Source of the DNA: Candidatus Eiseniibacteriota bacterium
GTDB taxonomy: Bacteria; Eisenbacteria; RBG-16-71-46
DNA: 46,879 bases
Direction: 5' to 3'
NCBI GenBank assembly: GCA_031364845.1
Contig: JANLWX010000146.1
Coordinates: forward strand, 1-46,879
How positions within the stretch are numbered: the first letter of the stretch is position 1; each line of letters opens with the position of its first letter. The notes below the pieces were generated by a model. It saw only the letters and a program-made list of their open reading frames with translations, made no database searches and was not told where the DNA came from. A program made the position numbers and the translations under genes. Of the stretch, positions 7,224 through 16,388 are shown piece by piece.

Positions 7224-9761
7224 ATGAGCCGACGCTCCGTTTCGCGCAGGATCGGGCCCGCGACCGCGATGTTCGTCGTCGCCCTTAGTCTTCTGACCGG
7301 CCCGCGTTCCAGCGCGGCCCCTGGGCCCGCCCCGCTTCCGTGGCACGAGTTCGGGCTCCTGCAGACCTACAAACATGCGGCTTATGTGGACGCCGAACAC
7401 GATCGGCTGATCACGATCGGCGGTGCGCGGCGGGGAGCCGCGGAGTTGCCACTGACCGGCGCGCCCGAGTGGCACGAGATGACGTGGCAACCCGGGGAAC
7501 CGTGGCCCTATGAGTGGCACACGAGCACCTGGGATCCGGGGGCCGGGTTGGCTTCGTTCCTCGGCCTCGCGCCCGGTTTCAAGCTGGGTGTGTACCGTGT
7601 GGATCCCGACCTCGGCAATGCTTCCATCATCGCCGTGCAGGGCGCCGCACCGCCGGTCACGTCCGGCACCGCACTCATCTTCGATCCCGTTCATCATCGC
7701 TATGTGGCCATCGGTGTCCAGGAGGACTTCGGCGGGGTGCCTCGCACCGTGTGGGCGCTCGACCTCGAGCCGGCGCCCACATGGACTCAGTGGCCGACCG
7801 CTCCCGCGCTCGCAGGCGCGTCGTCGGTATGGGCGATGTACGACCCGCTCCGCCAGCGCGCGATCGTGTTCGTCAACAGCGGCGTCACAGACGCATGGTC
7901 ACTGTCACTCGACGCATCGCCGGTTTGGACGAAACTCCCGACCGACGCGTTCGATGTGCAGGAGTACCTGGCGAATGGTCTCGCCTACGACGCGGCCGGC
8001 GATCGTATCGTCACCGTAGGCAAGAGCGGTGTCCCCCACGCGTTCTCGTTGCAGACGCACTCGTGGTCCGTTCTCCCTCATGTCGGGATGGCACCCGCGC
8101 CGCGCGAACTCGCCGCCGTGGCGGTCGACGCAGTCCGAAATCGGATGCTCGTCTCCGGAGGGATCGAGGTGGGATACGACGCCGTTCCAGACGACATCTG
8201 GGCATTGTCTCTGGCGGCCGATGCAGGTTGGATTTCCGTGTTGCCGCGCAGCTCACGGCCACCGATCCGTACGGGAATCTCGGCGGCACTCGACACGCAG
8301 CGAAATCGCTGGCTGGTGCTCGGAGGCGGACCCATCAATACGCCCCTCACGCAAGTCGACAGCGAGCTGTGGGGGCTCGACCTCACGGCGGCACCCACGT
8401 GGTCCATCATCCCCACGCAAGGTGATGTTCCGCTCTCACGCCGCGCCGTCGCATCGGCGTACGACGCGGTGGACGATCGGTTGGTCGTGTTCGGAGGATC
8501 GGACATTCTCAGCCCGTTCTCACACGTCCCACTCGACGAGCTCTCGATATTGTCGTTTACCGGCACGCCGACCTGGACTTCGGTCGCGCCGGCCGGTGCG
8601 TGGCCCGCACCACGTTCGCGAGCCACATGTGTCTTCGATGCCGCGCGTCAGCGGTATCTGTTGATGTTCGGCCAAGGCGCGAGCGATGACCTCCGTGATG
8701 TCTGGGAACTGCGGCTCGAACCGACGCCGATGTGGAGGCACATGTTCCCCGCGGGACCGCTCCCGCCGGCGCGGTCGGGAGCCATGGCGGTCTACGATTC
8801 CGAGCGGGATCGAGTCGTCGTCTTTGGCGGGCACTCGCGGAGCGCCCCGGACTTCTTCGATGTCTTCTATGACGACGTCTGGGGGCTTGATCTGTCGATC
8901 GGGGATGGCACGTGGCAGCTGCTCCCGACTGCGCCGGGGCCGTCGCGTCGGATGGATGGAACCTTGAGCCTCGACCGGACGAACGGTCGTGCGCTGCTGT
9001 ATGGCGGATGGGGCGCGCAGGATGCTCAGTCCGGCGCCCTGGGTGCATTGACCGACACGTGGAGCCTCACGCTCGGTGACATTCCGGGCTGGCATAGGCT
9101 CGAGACGACCGGTTGGGAGGCGCGCGACGGAGACGGAAGGGCCAGCGCAGTCTATGACGCGCCATTCGAGCGGTTGATCGTATTCAGCGCGGACCGGCGG
9201 AGCGACCTCCACGCGCTCGATCTGCGAGACGACCCCACTCCCACTCAACTCGCCTTGCAGACGTTCGAAGTCACTTCGTCGAGCGTTCGGCTGATCTGGA
9301 GTGGTGGAGATCCGTCGCTGAGCGCGACGATCTACCGTCGTCACGATGCAGGGCTATGGCGCTCGCTCGCGACCTTGATGGCGGATGGGAACGGCCGCTG
9401 GATGTGGGAAGACTCTGAGGTCACCGGCGGTGAGACCTATGAGTACCGGCTCGGAGTCGTGACCGACGGTGCGGAGACGTTTCACGGTTCGACGCGGATC
9501 GAGGTTCCTCGCGCGGCCTTCAGCCTTCGAGGATCCGCGCTCAACGGTCGTGTGCTTCTAGAGGTTGAATTGCCCGACGCGGAGCAGGCGACACTCGAAC
9601 TCTACGACGTATCAGGTCGCAGGGTATGGCGTTGCGAAGTCGGCGGACTCGGCGCGGGACGTCATGAGGTGAGCGCGGGTGTGCGTCCGTCGGCTCTGTA
9701 CTTCGCTCGCCTCACGCATGGAATCAGCGTGCGCGGCACGAAACTGATCGTCGTGCAGTGA
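7224..9761 (+). CDS. Secreted Kelch-like beta-propeller repeat protein with C-terminal FlgD/T9SS-CTD-like tail
   Basis: AGGAG RBS and signal peptide; repeats YD..RDR.VVFGG...DDVW.LDL...PTW; tail LELYDVSGRRV...LYFARL. Confidence 0.85.
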   Translation: MSRRSVSRRIGPATAMFVVALSLLTGPRSSAAPGPAPLPWHEFGLLQTYKHAAYVDAEHDRLITIGGARRGAAELPLTGAPEWHEMTWQPGEPWPYEWHTSTWDPGAGLASFLGLAPGFKLGVYRVDPDLGNASIIAVQGAAPPVTSGTALIFDPVHHRYVAIGVQEDFGGVPRTVWALDLEPAPTWTQWPTAPALAGASSVWAMYDPLRQRAIVFVNSGVTDAWSLSLDASPVWTKLPTDAFDVQEYLANGLAYDAAGDRIVTVGKSGVPHAFSLQTHSWSVLPHVGMAPAPRELAAVAVDAVRNRMLVSGGIEVGYDAVPDDIWALSLAADAGWISVLPRSSRPPIRTGISAALDTQRNRWLVLGGGPINTPLTQVDSELWGLDLTAAPTWSIIPTQGDVPLSRRAVASAYDAVDDRLVVFGGSDILSPFSHVPLDELSILSFTGTPTWTSVAPAGAWPAPRSRATCVFDAARQRYLLMFGQGASDDLRDVWELRLEPTPMWRHMFPAGPLPPARSGAMAVYDSERDRVVVFGGHSRSAPDFFDVFYDDVWGLDLSIGDGTWQLLPTAPGPSRRMDGTLSLDRTNGRALLYGGWGAQDAQSGALGALTDTWSLTLGDIPGWHRLETTGWEARDGDGRASAVYDAPFERLIVFSADRRSDLHALDLRDDPTPTQLALQTFEVTSSSVRLIWSGGDPSLSATIYRRHDAGLWRSLATLMADGNGRWMWEDSEVTGGETYEYRLGVVTDGAETFHGSTRIEVPRAAFSLRGSALNGRVLLEVELPDAEQATLELYDVSGRRVWRCEVGGLGAGRHEVSAGVRPSALYFARLTHGISVRGTKLIVVQ

Positions 9762-9770
9762 ACGTTGTCG

Positions 9771-12527
9771 TCAGTGCGCGGACCGCATCTTCCGCTTCAA
9801 CTCCTCGGTCCAGTTCAGCACGAGGTTGAAGCGGGTGACATCGCCTTCGTTGTCGTTCTTGAGTCCCACGAACAGCCGTCCGTCGGGAAGGACGGTCCAC
9901 AAGGCGATTCCGAGCTTGTCGAGATCGCAGACCTCGACCGGCGCCGAGAACGAGAGTCCAGGTCCCGTCGACACGCCGATTTTCATGATTCGATTGCGTT
10001 GATCACGGACGTACAGCGCACTGCCGTTGTGTGCCCAGCGCACCTCCTGCGCCGCATCCGTTTTGACCTGGATGGGTCTGCTGGTGCTCCCGTCCGGGCG
10101 GAAGTCGGCCACGTAGGCGTTGACGGCGCCGGCCTCATCGCTCAGATAGACGAGGTGGCGGCCGTCCGGTGAGAAGCTTGCAAAGAACACATTGAATGCG
10201 CTCGACAACAGGGGGCGAAGGCGCGTCGTGTCATCAGCGGCGCCCTCGAGTTTCAGCAGCGACAATGCTGCCCGCTCCCCGCCGCGCTTTGCAATGATCA
10301 TCGCGGAGCCGTCGGGCTGCCAGCTGATAGGCGCGTAGTTGTCGTGCTGAAAAATGTTCCGGGCCTCACCACCCTCGGCGTCCTGGACGTAGATGCCATC
10401 CTTGCCGTCTTTCCCCAGGCGGAGGTAGGCAATGCGTCCGCCGTCCGGCGACCAGACGTACGAGGCAGCGTCTGCATCGGGGTCGGTGCCGAGTCGCTGA
10501 AATCCCGGCGAGTCGAGACTGGACGTCCAGATCTCGTCGATGCCGCGCGGGTTCGCGATGGTGCATGCGAAGCGGCGGCCGTCGGGTGAAATTTCGGGCG
10601 CGTTGTCCACGGCGCGCCGCTCGGTCGACCAGGGCTCGAGCTTGCCCGACGCATCGAGGATGGCGAGGGAGCGTTCCCCTCCCAGCTGCCCCGGGCGATA
10701 GAACAGGCTGCCGTCGCGAGTCAGATTGAAGATGGACGGAGTGAAGGTGAACTGCGCGCTCAACCCGCTCCAGACCGCCACCGGTGCTCCGCGGGGCTCG
10801 AGCCGTCCGAGATCGAACGGTGCCGCAAGGATCGCATCGCCACGCGCGAACACGAGATGCCCGGTCGGGGAATATCGGGCATTGCCGCCTTCCTCTTCGA
10901 TGATCTTCACTTTTCCGGTGCGCAGATCCATGACGCCGACACTGAAGTGCCAGCCACGGCTGTCGTAAGCCACGACATGCACCAGCGCCGCGCGATCTCC
11001 CGGCAGCACGGAGTTCAAACCGTAATTGCTCACGCCGGTCCGGCCCGCATCCATCTTCACGGGTGGCGAAGGCTTCCCGCCGGCAGCAGGCAAACGGATG
11101 AAGGAGTCGTTGCCTTCGCGAATCAGCAGGTCGCCGTTTTCCATCTTCACCACAGGTCCGTTCCACGAATTCTTCCACTCGGTCAACGTCGTCGCAGGAG
11201 CGCTGCCGTCGAGGGGAATCTTCGCGAGCCGAACTTGCGGCGATCCGGGAGACACCGGCATGAACATCAGCAGGCTGCGATCGTCTGCGGCGACTCCGAA
11301 TCCCGTTGCGCCCTCGGTCCCGGCGATCTCCTTGAATTCGAAACGATCGAGGCGCCGTGCGTAGATGCGCGACGGTGCGGCTTCCGCGGTCCCACCCTTG
11401 GGCTGACCCAGAACCAGGAGTGTCCGCCCATCGTTGGTGAGCCACACCTGTTGGACGAGCACTTCAGGAGGCATCGTGAGAGCCACGCAACTGGCTTCGC
11501 CCGGGCCGCGCCCGGACCGCTGGCCGAACCACTGCCCGATCGCTGCGCTCAACACCACCGCCACGAGTCCGACAACGACGGGGATCAGCTTCGAGCCCGA
11601 TCGTATCGCGGGCGCGCCGGCTGCCGTGTCCTGCATCAGGAGCCGGCCGGATGACGAGCGCGCGGCCAGCACTTCCTCGAGCACGATGCGCGCGTCACCG
11701 ATGTCACGCAGGCGGTGCTTGGGATCCTTGTCGAGACATCGTTGAATCAATTCGCGGACCCGCGGAGGTGTCGCTGCGGGAAGTGCGGCGAAATCGGGGT
11801 CGCGTTCGAGGATCTTGGCGATCGTGTCGGAGACCGTTTCGCCCGCGAACGGGCGACGTCCGGTGAGGCACTCGTAGAGCACGCACCCGAACGCCCAGAT
11901 GTCGGCGCGACGATCGACGTTCCGGCCGCGCGCCTGTTCGGGACTCATGTAGGCGGCGGTGCCGAGGATCACATTGGCCGCCGTCATCGGGCTCGTGAGC
12001 GTCGGTGAGCGCGTCATGCCGATTTCACTCGAGGCCGCGGCATCGCCCTCGAGCGCCTTGGCGAGTCCGAAGTCGAGCACCTTGACCCGGCCTTCGGCGG
12101 TGAGCTTCACGTTGGCCGGCTTCAGATCGCGGTGGATGACGCCCTTCTCGTGTGCCGCCTCGAGCGCTTCGGCGATCTGGCGGGCGATCTCGACTGCCTC
12201 CGCCACCGGGATGGGTCCACCGTCGATTCGGACCGCGAGGTCGTCGCCATCGACCAGTTCCATCGCCAGAAAACGCACGCCTTCTGACGAGCCCACGCCA
12301 TAGATGGATGCGATGTGCGGGTGGTTGAGCGAAGCGAGCACCCGGGCTTCACGCTCGAAGCGCGCCATGCGCTCGGGGTCGAGGGCGAAAGCCTCGGGCA
12401 GCACCTTGATCGCGACGTCACGACCGAGTGTGGTGTCCGTGGCGCGCCACACCACGCCCATTCCGCCCTCGCCGATGTGCTCGACGAGGCGGTAATGCGA
12501 TAGATCGCGGCCAGGAGTCAGGGACAG
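9771..12527 (-). CDS. Hanks-type Ser/Thr protein kinase with TM helix and TolB/PD40 beta-propeller; start inferred at CTG 12527
   Basis: GEGGMG, VAIK, HRDLKPAN, DFG and YMSPEQ motifs; SPDG repeats. The ORF-track ATG (12461) lies inside the Gly loop; there is an in-frame TAA at 12563 and GAGGA 5 nt before the CTG. Confidence 0.9.
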   Translation of the reverse strand: MSLTPGRDLSHYRLVEHIGEGGMGVVWRATDTTLGRDVAIKVLPEAFALDPERMARFEREARVLASLNHPHIASIYGVGSSEGVRFLAMELVDGDDLAVRIDGGPIPVAEAVEIARQIAEALEAAHEKGVIHRDLKPANVKLTAEGRVKVLDFGLAKALEGDAAASSEIGMTRSPTLTSPMTAANVILGTAAYMSPEQARGRNVDRRADIWAFGCVLYECLTGRRPFAGETVSDTIAKILERDPDFAALPAATPPRVRELIQRCLDKDPKHRLRDIGDARIVLEEVLAARSSSGRLLMQDTAAGAPAIRSGSKLIPVVVGLVAVVLSAAIGQWFGQRSGRGPGEASCVALTMPPEVLVQQVWLTNDGRTLLVLGQPKGGTAEAAPSRIYARRLDRFEFKEIAGTEGATGFGVAADDRSLLMFMPVSPGSPQVRLAKIPLDGSAPATTLTEWKNSWNGPVVKMENGDLLIREGNDSFIRLPAAGGKPSPPVKMDAGRTGVSNYGLNSVLPGDRAALVHVVAYDSRGWHFSVGVMDLRTGKVKIIEEEGGNARYSPTGHLVFARGDAILAAPFDLGRLEPRGAPVAVWSGLSAQFTFTPSIFNLTRDGSLFYRPGQLGGERSLAILDASGKLEPWSTERRAVDNAPEISPDGRRFACTIANPRGIDEIWTSSLDSPGFQRLGTDPDADAASYVWSPDGGRIAYLRLGKDGKDGIYVQDAEGGEARNIFQHDNYAPISWQPDGSAMIIAKRGGERAALSLLKLEGAADDTTRLRPLLSSAFNVFFASFSPDGRHLVYLSDEAGAVNAYVADFRPDGSTSRPIQVKTDAAQEVRWAHNGSALYVRDQRNRIMKIGVSTGPGLSFSAPVEVCDLDKLGIALWTVLPDGRLFVGLKNDNEGDVTRFNLVLNWTEELKRKMRSAH

Positions 12528-12613
12528 AGTATTCCTCGAGGGTTGAAGGACCGGCGCAGTTTAGACAGAGTGCCGTGTCCTCGCAACGCGGGATGACGCG
12601 CGACGCGCTGCCG

Positions 12614-14275
12614 CTACGTCAGCGCCAGATACTCGTGCGCAAGCCTCACCACCATCGATCCCTCGCCCACCGCCGACGCCACGCGATTCATCGCGCCCGC
12701 GCGCACATCGCCGGCGGCGAAGACGCCGGGCACGCTGGTCTCGAGCAGCAGCGGTTCGCGCGTTTCCTTCCAGACCCGGGCATAGGCATCGGCCGCCATC
12801 AGATCGCGGCCGGTGAGCAGAAACCCCTTGGCGTCGCGCAGCACGTCGGGCGGCAGCCACTCGCTACGTGGCCGCGTGCCGATGAACATGAACAGCGCAT
12901 CGATCTCTTCCGTCCGGCAGGTGCCATCGTCGAGCGATCGAAACGTGACGCGCTGGGCACGGCCCTCGCCCTCGACTCCCGCGACGTCCGTGCGCGCGCG
13001 CAGGCGGATGTTCGGCGTCTTCTCGATCTGCTCGATCAGGTATTGAGACATCGTTTCCTGGATTCCCGCGCGCCGGACGACGATCTGCACGTCCTTCGCG
13101 TAGCGCGCGAGATGCATCGCACCCTGCCCCGCCGAATTGCCACCGCCCACCACGACTACCGACATGCCGCTGAACGCCGGCGCCTCGGTGGTCGCGGCCC
13201 CGTAGTAGACGCCCGCGCCGGTGTGCTCGAGCACGCCCGAACCGGAATGCTCGCGATAGACCATTCCCGTTGCCGCGAGCATGGTGCGGGTCACGAGTTC
13301 GCGGCCATCGGAGAGCGCGAGGCGCTTGTAGCCGGCCCCGATCGTGACGCCCATCACCTCGAGCGGTGCCAGGACTTCCGCGCCGAGGCGCTGCGCCTGC
13401 ATCAGCGCGCGCCGCGTCAGATCGCTGCCGCTGACGCCGGCGGGAAATCCGAGATAGTTCTCGATGCGTGAACTGGATCCGGCCTGGCCGCCGGGCGCGT
13501 GGCGGTCGAGCAGCAGCGTGCGCAGCCCTTCGGACGCGCCGTACACGGCGGCCGCGAGGCCCGCAGGACCCGCGCCGACGATCACGAGATCGTAGACCTC
13601 GAACGCTGCCGACAGTGAACGCCCGAGACTTTCGGCCACCGCGCGCGGTTCAGGGTCGCGCAGCACTGAGCCGTCTTCGAACAGAAGCGCCGGCAGATCG
13701 TCGGGACCGACTCCCGCCGCATCCAGCAACGCGCGCGCGCTGGGATCGCGCTCGACATCGACCCAGCGATAAGGGACCAGACTGCTCGCCAGGAAATCCT
13801 TGATGGCGTGCGATCGCGGCGACCATTGATGCCCGATCAGCCTCAACCCCGTGGCCTCGGGCAGATACTCCGCCTGCCATGCGTCGAGCAGATCGTCGAT
13901 CACCGGGAACAGCCGCTCCTCGGGCGGATCCCACGGCTTCGAGAGATAGTGATCGAGGTGCGCCTCGTTGATCGCCTTGATTGCCGCATCGATGTCGGAA
14001 TAGGCCGTGAGCAACACGCGCCGCGCGAGTGGATACACTTCGAACGACTGCGCCAGCACTTCGGTTCCCTGCATGCCCGGCATGCGCTGATCGCTGATCA
14101 GCAGTGCCAGCGCATCCCCGCGACTCTTCAGCTCGCGGACCGTTGCCAGCGCCTCGGGACCGGATTCGGCGCTGATCACCGTGTATCGATCGCGATACCT
14201 GGATCGCAGATCGCGCCGCACCGCGGCCAGTACCTGCGGGTCGTCATCGACGATGAGGATCGCCGGCTTGTTCAC
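12614..14275 (-). CDS. Response-regulator receiver fused to glutaredoxin-like and thioredoxin-reductase-like FAD-dependent oxidoreductase domains
   Basis: GTG 14275 overlaps the kinase TGA; ILIVDDD, ISDQRMPGM and KPW receiver motifs; GAGPAGLAAA, IENYLGFP, GGGNSAGQ, TSVPGVFAAGD. Confidence 0.9.
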   Translation of the reverse strand: MNKPAILIVDDDPQVLAAVRRDLRSRYRDRYTVISAESGPEALATVRELKSRGDALALLISDQRMPGMQGTEVLAQSFEVYPLARRVLLTAYSDIDAAIKAINEAHLDHYLSKPWDPPEERLFPVIDDLLDAWQAEYLPEATGLRLIGHQWSPRSHAIKDFLASSLVPYRWVDVERDPSARALLDAAGVGPDDLPALLFEDGSVLRDPEPRAVAESLGRSLSAAFEVYDLVIVGAGPAGLAAAVYGASEGLRTLLLDRHAPGGQAGSSSRIENYLGFPAGVSGSDLTRRALMQAQRLGAEVLAPLEVMGVTIGAGYKRLALSDGRELVTRTMLAATGMVYREHSGSGVLEHTGAGVYYGAATTEAPAFSGMSVVVVGGGNSAGQGAMHLARYAKDVQIVVRRAGIQETMSQYLIEQIEKTPNIRLRARTDVAGVEGEGRAQRVTFRSLDDGTCRTEEIDALFMFIGTRPRSEWLPPDVLRDAKGFLLTGRDLMAADAYARVWKETREPLLLETSVPGVFAAGDVRAGAMNRVASAVGEGSMVVRLAHEYLALT

Positions 14276-15687
14276 CGCGGGCCCTGGTCGGCGCCGGCCT
14301 CGGCGACCTGGAGCACGACCTGGAACTCGGTCCGTCCGGGACGCGACTCGACCGTGATGTTGCCATCGTTGTGGCGGACCAGCCGCCGCACGATGTCGAG
14401 CCCGAGCCCGGTGCCCGCGCCCATCGGTTTCGTCGTGAAGAACGGATCGAAGATGCGCTGGCGGATGTCTTCGGGGATGCCGGACCCGTTGTCGGAGATG
14501 CGCACCACCACGCGATCGTTGTCGCGTGTCGCGTACACCTCGACACGGCCCGCATCGGGAATCGCGTCGAGCGCATTGTCGATCAGATTCGCCCAGATCT
14601 GATTGAGCTCGCCGGCGAATCCACGGACGCGCGGAAGACCAGGCTCCACGTTGACGACCACCGCGGCCGATTTGTTGCGCGCCTTGGAGCGCAGCACGGT
14701 GACCGTGTTGCTCAGCCCGTGAATCAGGTCGACCGGCTCGGCGATCACGGCCTGGTCCATATGGGTGAAGCCCTTGATCGCGATGACGAGGCCCACGATC
14801 CGCGTGGCCGCATCCCCGATCTCGGAAGCGAGCGTGCGCACCGAACATCCCGCCGCGGCCCAGCGCAACACCGCGTCGAGTTCCGTCGGGTCGACCGCAC
14901 CCGCGATACGGTCGAGCGCCTCGAATGTCACGGAGGTCTCGGCGAGACCTTCCGCGATGCCGGCGGCCAGGTGGCGTTCGGTGAGCCAGTCCTCGATCGC
15001 CTCTTCGCGTTCGGCCTGTTCGATCGGCGAACGCACGCCATGCGCGCGTGTGGCGAGGCAGGATTCGCGCAAGGCTTCGACCGCCGCGAGTTGCTCATCG
15101 CTCAACCGCGCCGCACCCAGAATGCGCGCTGCGCGCTCGACATCCATGACGCGGCGCTCGAGCAATGCCGCGCTCCTTTCGATCGCCGAAGCCGGATTGT
15201 TCAGCTCGTGCGCCAGCCCCGCGGACAGCTTGCCGAGGGAGATCATCTTCTCGTCGTGCAGGTCGCTCGACGTGAAGACGCGGGCGCGATCGACCATCGT
15301 ATGGACGAGCATCGACGTCGTCACGTGGCATTCGCGGACCATCTCGCGGATCAGGTCACGTGGAATGGCTAGTACGGTCGTCGGCTCCTGCGCGATCGTG
15401 TCGCCGGGCGGGTTCACCATACGTGAGTACGGCAGCAACCCCGTGACGTCACCCTCCCGCCACTCCATCATCTTGTGCATCCCGGCACCGCGATCGACGA
15501 AGATCGCGATGACTCCCGTCAGCACGACGAACATTCCCTCGACCCGCGCATTCTTCGAACTCAGCACCTCGCCGGTGTCGCGACGCTGTACCTCGCCATG
15601 CGCAGCGAGCCACTCCAACTCCTCGCGCGGAGCGACGCCGATGGTGCGATGCGATGCGAGTTGTTCGATCAGGGCGGGGTCGGTCAT
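14272..15687 (-). CDS. Cytoplasmic sensor histidine kinase with N-terminal cyclic-nucleotide-binding-like domain
   Basis: H-box AGLAHELNNP, N-box NQIWANLIDNA, DNGSGI, FDPFFTTK, GTGLGL; no TM segment; start MTDPALIEQL. Confidence 0.9.
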   Translation of the reverse strand: MTDPALIEQLASHRTIGVAPREELEWLAAHGEVQRRDTGEVLSSKNARVEGMFVVLTGVIAIFVDRGAGMHKMMEWREGDVTGLLPYSRMVNPPGDTIAQEPTTVLAIPRDLIREMVRECHVTTSMLVHTMVDRARVFTSSDLHDEKMISLGKLSAGLAHELNNPASAIERSAALLERRVMDVERAARILGAARLSDEQLAAVEALRESCLATRAHGVRSPIEQAEREEAIEDWLTERHLAAGIAEGLAETSVTFEALDRIAGAVDPTELDAVLRWAAAGCSVRTLASEIGDAATRIVGLVIAIKGFTHMDQAVIAEPVDLIHGLSNTVTVLRSKARNKSAAVVVNVEPGLPRVRGFAGELNQIWANLIDNALDAIPDAGRVEVYATRDNDRVVVRISDNGSGIPEDIRQRIFDPFFTTKPMGAGTGLGLDIVRRLVRHNDGNITVESRPGRTEFQVVLQVAEAGADQGPR

Positions 15688-15962
15688 GTGGCGGGAACTC
15701 CGGTTCGATGGGGATTGGATGTGGACCAACAATCTACCGCAGAGAGCGATGATCCGCCTCAGGACCATCGTCGCCCTGCTGTCTTGGTGTAGAGTCCGGT
15801 TTGCGCCAGTGGAAGCCGCCTGAAACATTGGCCTTCCCTTGCTCGGAATAGCGCGGTGCCCTCGGGGGTCTCTCGACCGCGTTCGCCCGCTGCGCTCCAA
15901 ACGATCGCTGTTGTCGCGCCCCACCGCATTCCGGCACACCTTGCGCCGGCGGAGTTCGTCCC

Positions 15963-16352
15963 GTGCCCTCGCAGAGACCCCAGGATAAGCTCGAGATCGG
16001 CCCTGTAGTTGCTGCATCCCTTTTCGTGGGACTGTTCGGCGCGCTCTTCGGCGTGCTGATCCCGTTCGGCGGTGCCCCGGAGAACGTGATCACCGCCGTC
16101 GTGCTCCTCGCCTTTGCTCTCGGCTGGGGATTGCTCGCGATCCTCTCGATCCGGTTCACCGATCAACCGCAACGATGGGCCGCGGTGCCTGCGACCGCGT
16201 TCGCCGTCGCCGGCTTCGGGCTTCTGATGTGGCCGAGGGCCGTCGAGCACGACTCGGTCTTCTATGTGTGGCCGATCGCATCGCTTGCCCTCGTCATCTG
16301 GATGATCGGGCGAGCGCGAGCGCACCTCCGCAGTCGCGCGAGAACCTGGCTG
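15963..16352 (+). pseudogene. Probable truncated gene: membrane N-terminal part of an alpha/beta hydrolase family protein
   Basis: Four TM segments with LSIRFTDQPQRWAA and VWP...VIWMIGRARAHLRSRARTWL, recalled from membrane-anchored hydrolases. After 16352 the frame runs 240 nt antisense into the next gene with no hydrolase domain. Confidence 0.5.
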
Positions 16353-16388
16353 CGGGAGTTCAGTTGTCGTTCTGATCCGCCACCCGGA

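Noticed and set aside
14276..14848. N-terminal extension of the 744-aa ORF
   Set aside because: Out-of-frame overlap with the histidine kinase; the GTGA-coupled start at 14275 fits the receiver domain.
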